A DNA stretch of 64,000 bases from Rickettsiales bacterium (lineage in GTDB: Bacteria > Pseudomonadota > Alphaproteobacteria > Rs-D84), in assembly GCA_031256175.1 (NCBI GenBank), contig JAIRRC010000012.1, forward strand, positions 914 through 64,913, read 5' to 3'. Below the pieces are notes generated by a model. The model worked only from the letters and a program-made list of their open reading frames with translations. It ran no database searches and was not told where the DNA came from. This document shows, one piece after another, positions 63,191-64,000 of the stretch. The position numbers and the translations under genes are program-made. Each line of letters starts with the position of its first letter. The first letter of the stretch is position 1.

Positions 63191-64000
63191 TTATTTGGAG
63201 CGCCCGTCGGCCATCAAAGCTTTCGCCTTGGTCAGGCAGCAGTCCAGCGTCCTGTGGTTGCTGCATTCGATGCTGCATCTGCCCGCGCATTCCGGGCATT
63301 GCGGCGGCATCCATTTCAGTATCGAATTCATAAGCTCGCGCGTGTGGCCGGAAGTCTGGGCTTTCCTCATCTTTCCGATGTTTTTCAAAAGCTGTTCCAG
63401 TATCGCCTTGTATGCGACGGAATCCACGCCGAATTCCTTCTGGCATTTTTCCAAAAGGTCCAGATAATAGCACATCTGGTTGGCGTAGAATTCGACTATG
63501 CGCATTCCGCGCTCGGCCGAGTCCAGCTTGTTGACCGCGCTTGCCGGATGCTTGCGGTAGACGTATTTGCATTCCGGCGTGTATAAGGCGCGCGTGAAGG
63601 GCATTTTGATGACATAATCGGCGACGAACTTCACGTCTTCGAAATAGGTGTAGGTCGTGTCGAATCGTATGCTTTCGCGGACGACCTTGCCGTCGAATAG
63701 TTTGTTGCAGGAACTTATCTGCTTGTCGTTCCACAGAAGGATGGTTTGTTTTCCCTCCATATTCATGTCTTTGTCGGTTATATAGTATTCCTTCCAGCTT
63801 TCTGGCATATAGACGCCCTTGTCGTCGGTGCGTTTTAGCATGCTTCCCGAAGTCATCCCGATGTCGGGCAGGGCGTATGACCGGCTGTAAAGAGTTTGAA
63901 GGTTGTATTCGCCGGCGAGATAGTCGTCGGAATCCAGGAACATGATTTTCTTTCCGGTGGAATTTTCGATGATGGTGTTCCTTGCCGCGGAAACGCCGCG
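63191..64000 (-). CDS. Family 2 glycosyltransferase with a Cys-rich C-terminus (N-terminus beyond window end)
   Basis: The frame is open to the window edge. RGVSAARNTIIENSTGKKIMFLDSDDYL is the classic GT2 motif. Confidence 0.6.
   Translation of the reverse strand, partial: RGVSAARNTIIENSTGKKIMFLDSDDYLAGEYNLQTLYSRSYALPDIGMTSGSMLKRTDDKGVYMPESWKEYYITDKDMNMEGKQTILLWNDKQISSCNKLFDGKVVRESIRFDTTYTYFEDVKFVADYVIKMPFTRALYTPECKYVYRKHPASAVNKLDSAERGMRIVEFYANQMCYYLDLLEKCQKEFGVDSVAYKAILEQLLKNIGKMRKAQTSGHTRELMNSILKWMPPQCPECAGRCSIECSNHRTLDCCLTKAKALMADGRSK

Noticed and set aside
1-64000. CRISPR arrays, IS elements or transposases, integrases, prophage genes and rRNA operons.
   Set aside because: No regularly spaced direct repeats with unique spacers were seen, and no ORF with transposase or integrase motifs (DDE, tyrosine recombinase R..H..R..Y) in any frame. 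The only repeats found are short palindromic intergenic elements and tRNA-end duplications.

Overview
This is a GC-rich (~55-60%, judged by eye) bacterial chromosomal segment carrying roughly 68 protein genes and 3 tRNAs. Several conserved linkages point to an alphaproteobacterium-like genome, but this is inference only: rpsT sits just upstream of plsY-dprA-dnaA, miaB is followed by ybeY and lnt (here fused into one ORF), gatCAB is intact, and there are two AsmA paralogs.

Housekeeping content falls into these groups:
- Replication and repair: dnaN, dnaA, dnaJ, a ParE-like topoisomerase, uvrB, uvrC, ruvA, ruvX, ung, mpg, ogt, dprA.
- Translation: gatCAB, miaB-like, rluC/D, rpsT, tRNA-Leu/Glu/Lys.
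- Lipid metabolism: fabD, fabG, plsY, pgsA, lnt, an acyl-ACP thioesterase.
- Pyrimidine and others: pyrF, pyrE, fba, a guaA-like gene.

Accessory content:
- A six-gene R64/Tcp-type (type IVb-like) pilus assembly cluster at 6.5-13.5 kb with a lipoprotein secretin, ATPase and platform protein but no pilin or prepilin peptidase. An orphan type IV pilin gene lies about 43 kb away.
- A compact four-gene operon of unknown function at 25.7-27.8 kb.
- Tandem paralogous unknown proteins next to tRNA-Lys.
- A 4-kb interval between tRNA-Glu and tRNA-Lys that carries alkylation-repair genes and is bracketed by duplicated tRNA 3' ends.
- Many small secreted cysteine-rich proteins.
- At least three families of conserved palindromic intergenic elements, some showing compensatory base changes.

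I saw no CRISPR array, IS element, integrase or rRNA. All calls come from reading the translated ORFs and the DNA by eye. No database search was possible.
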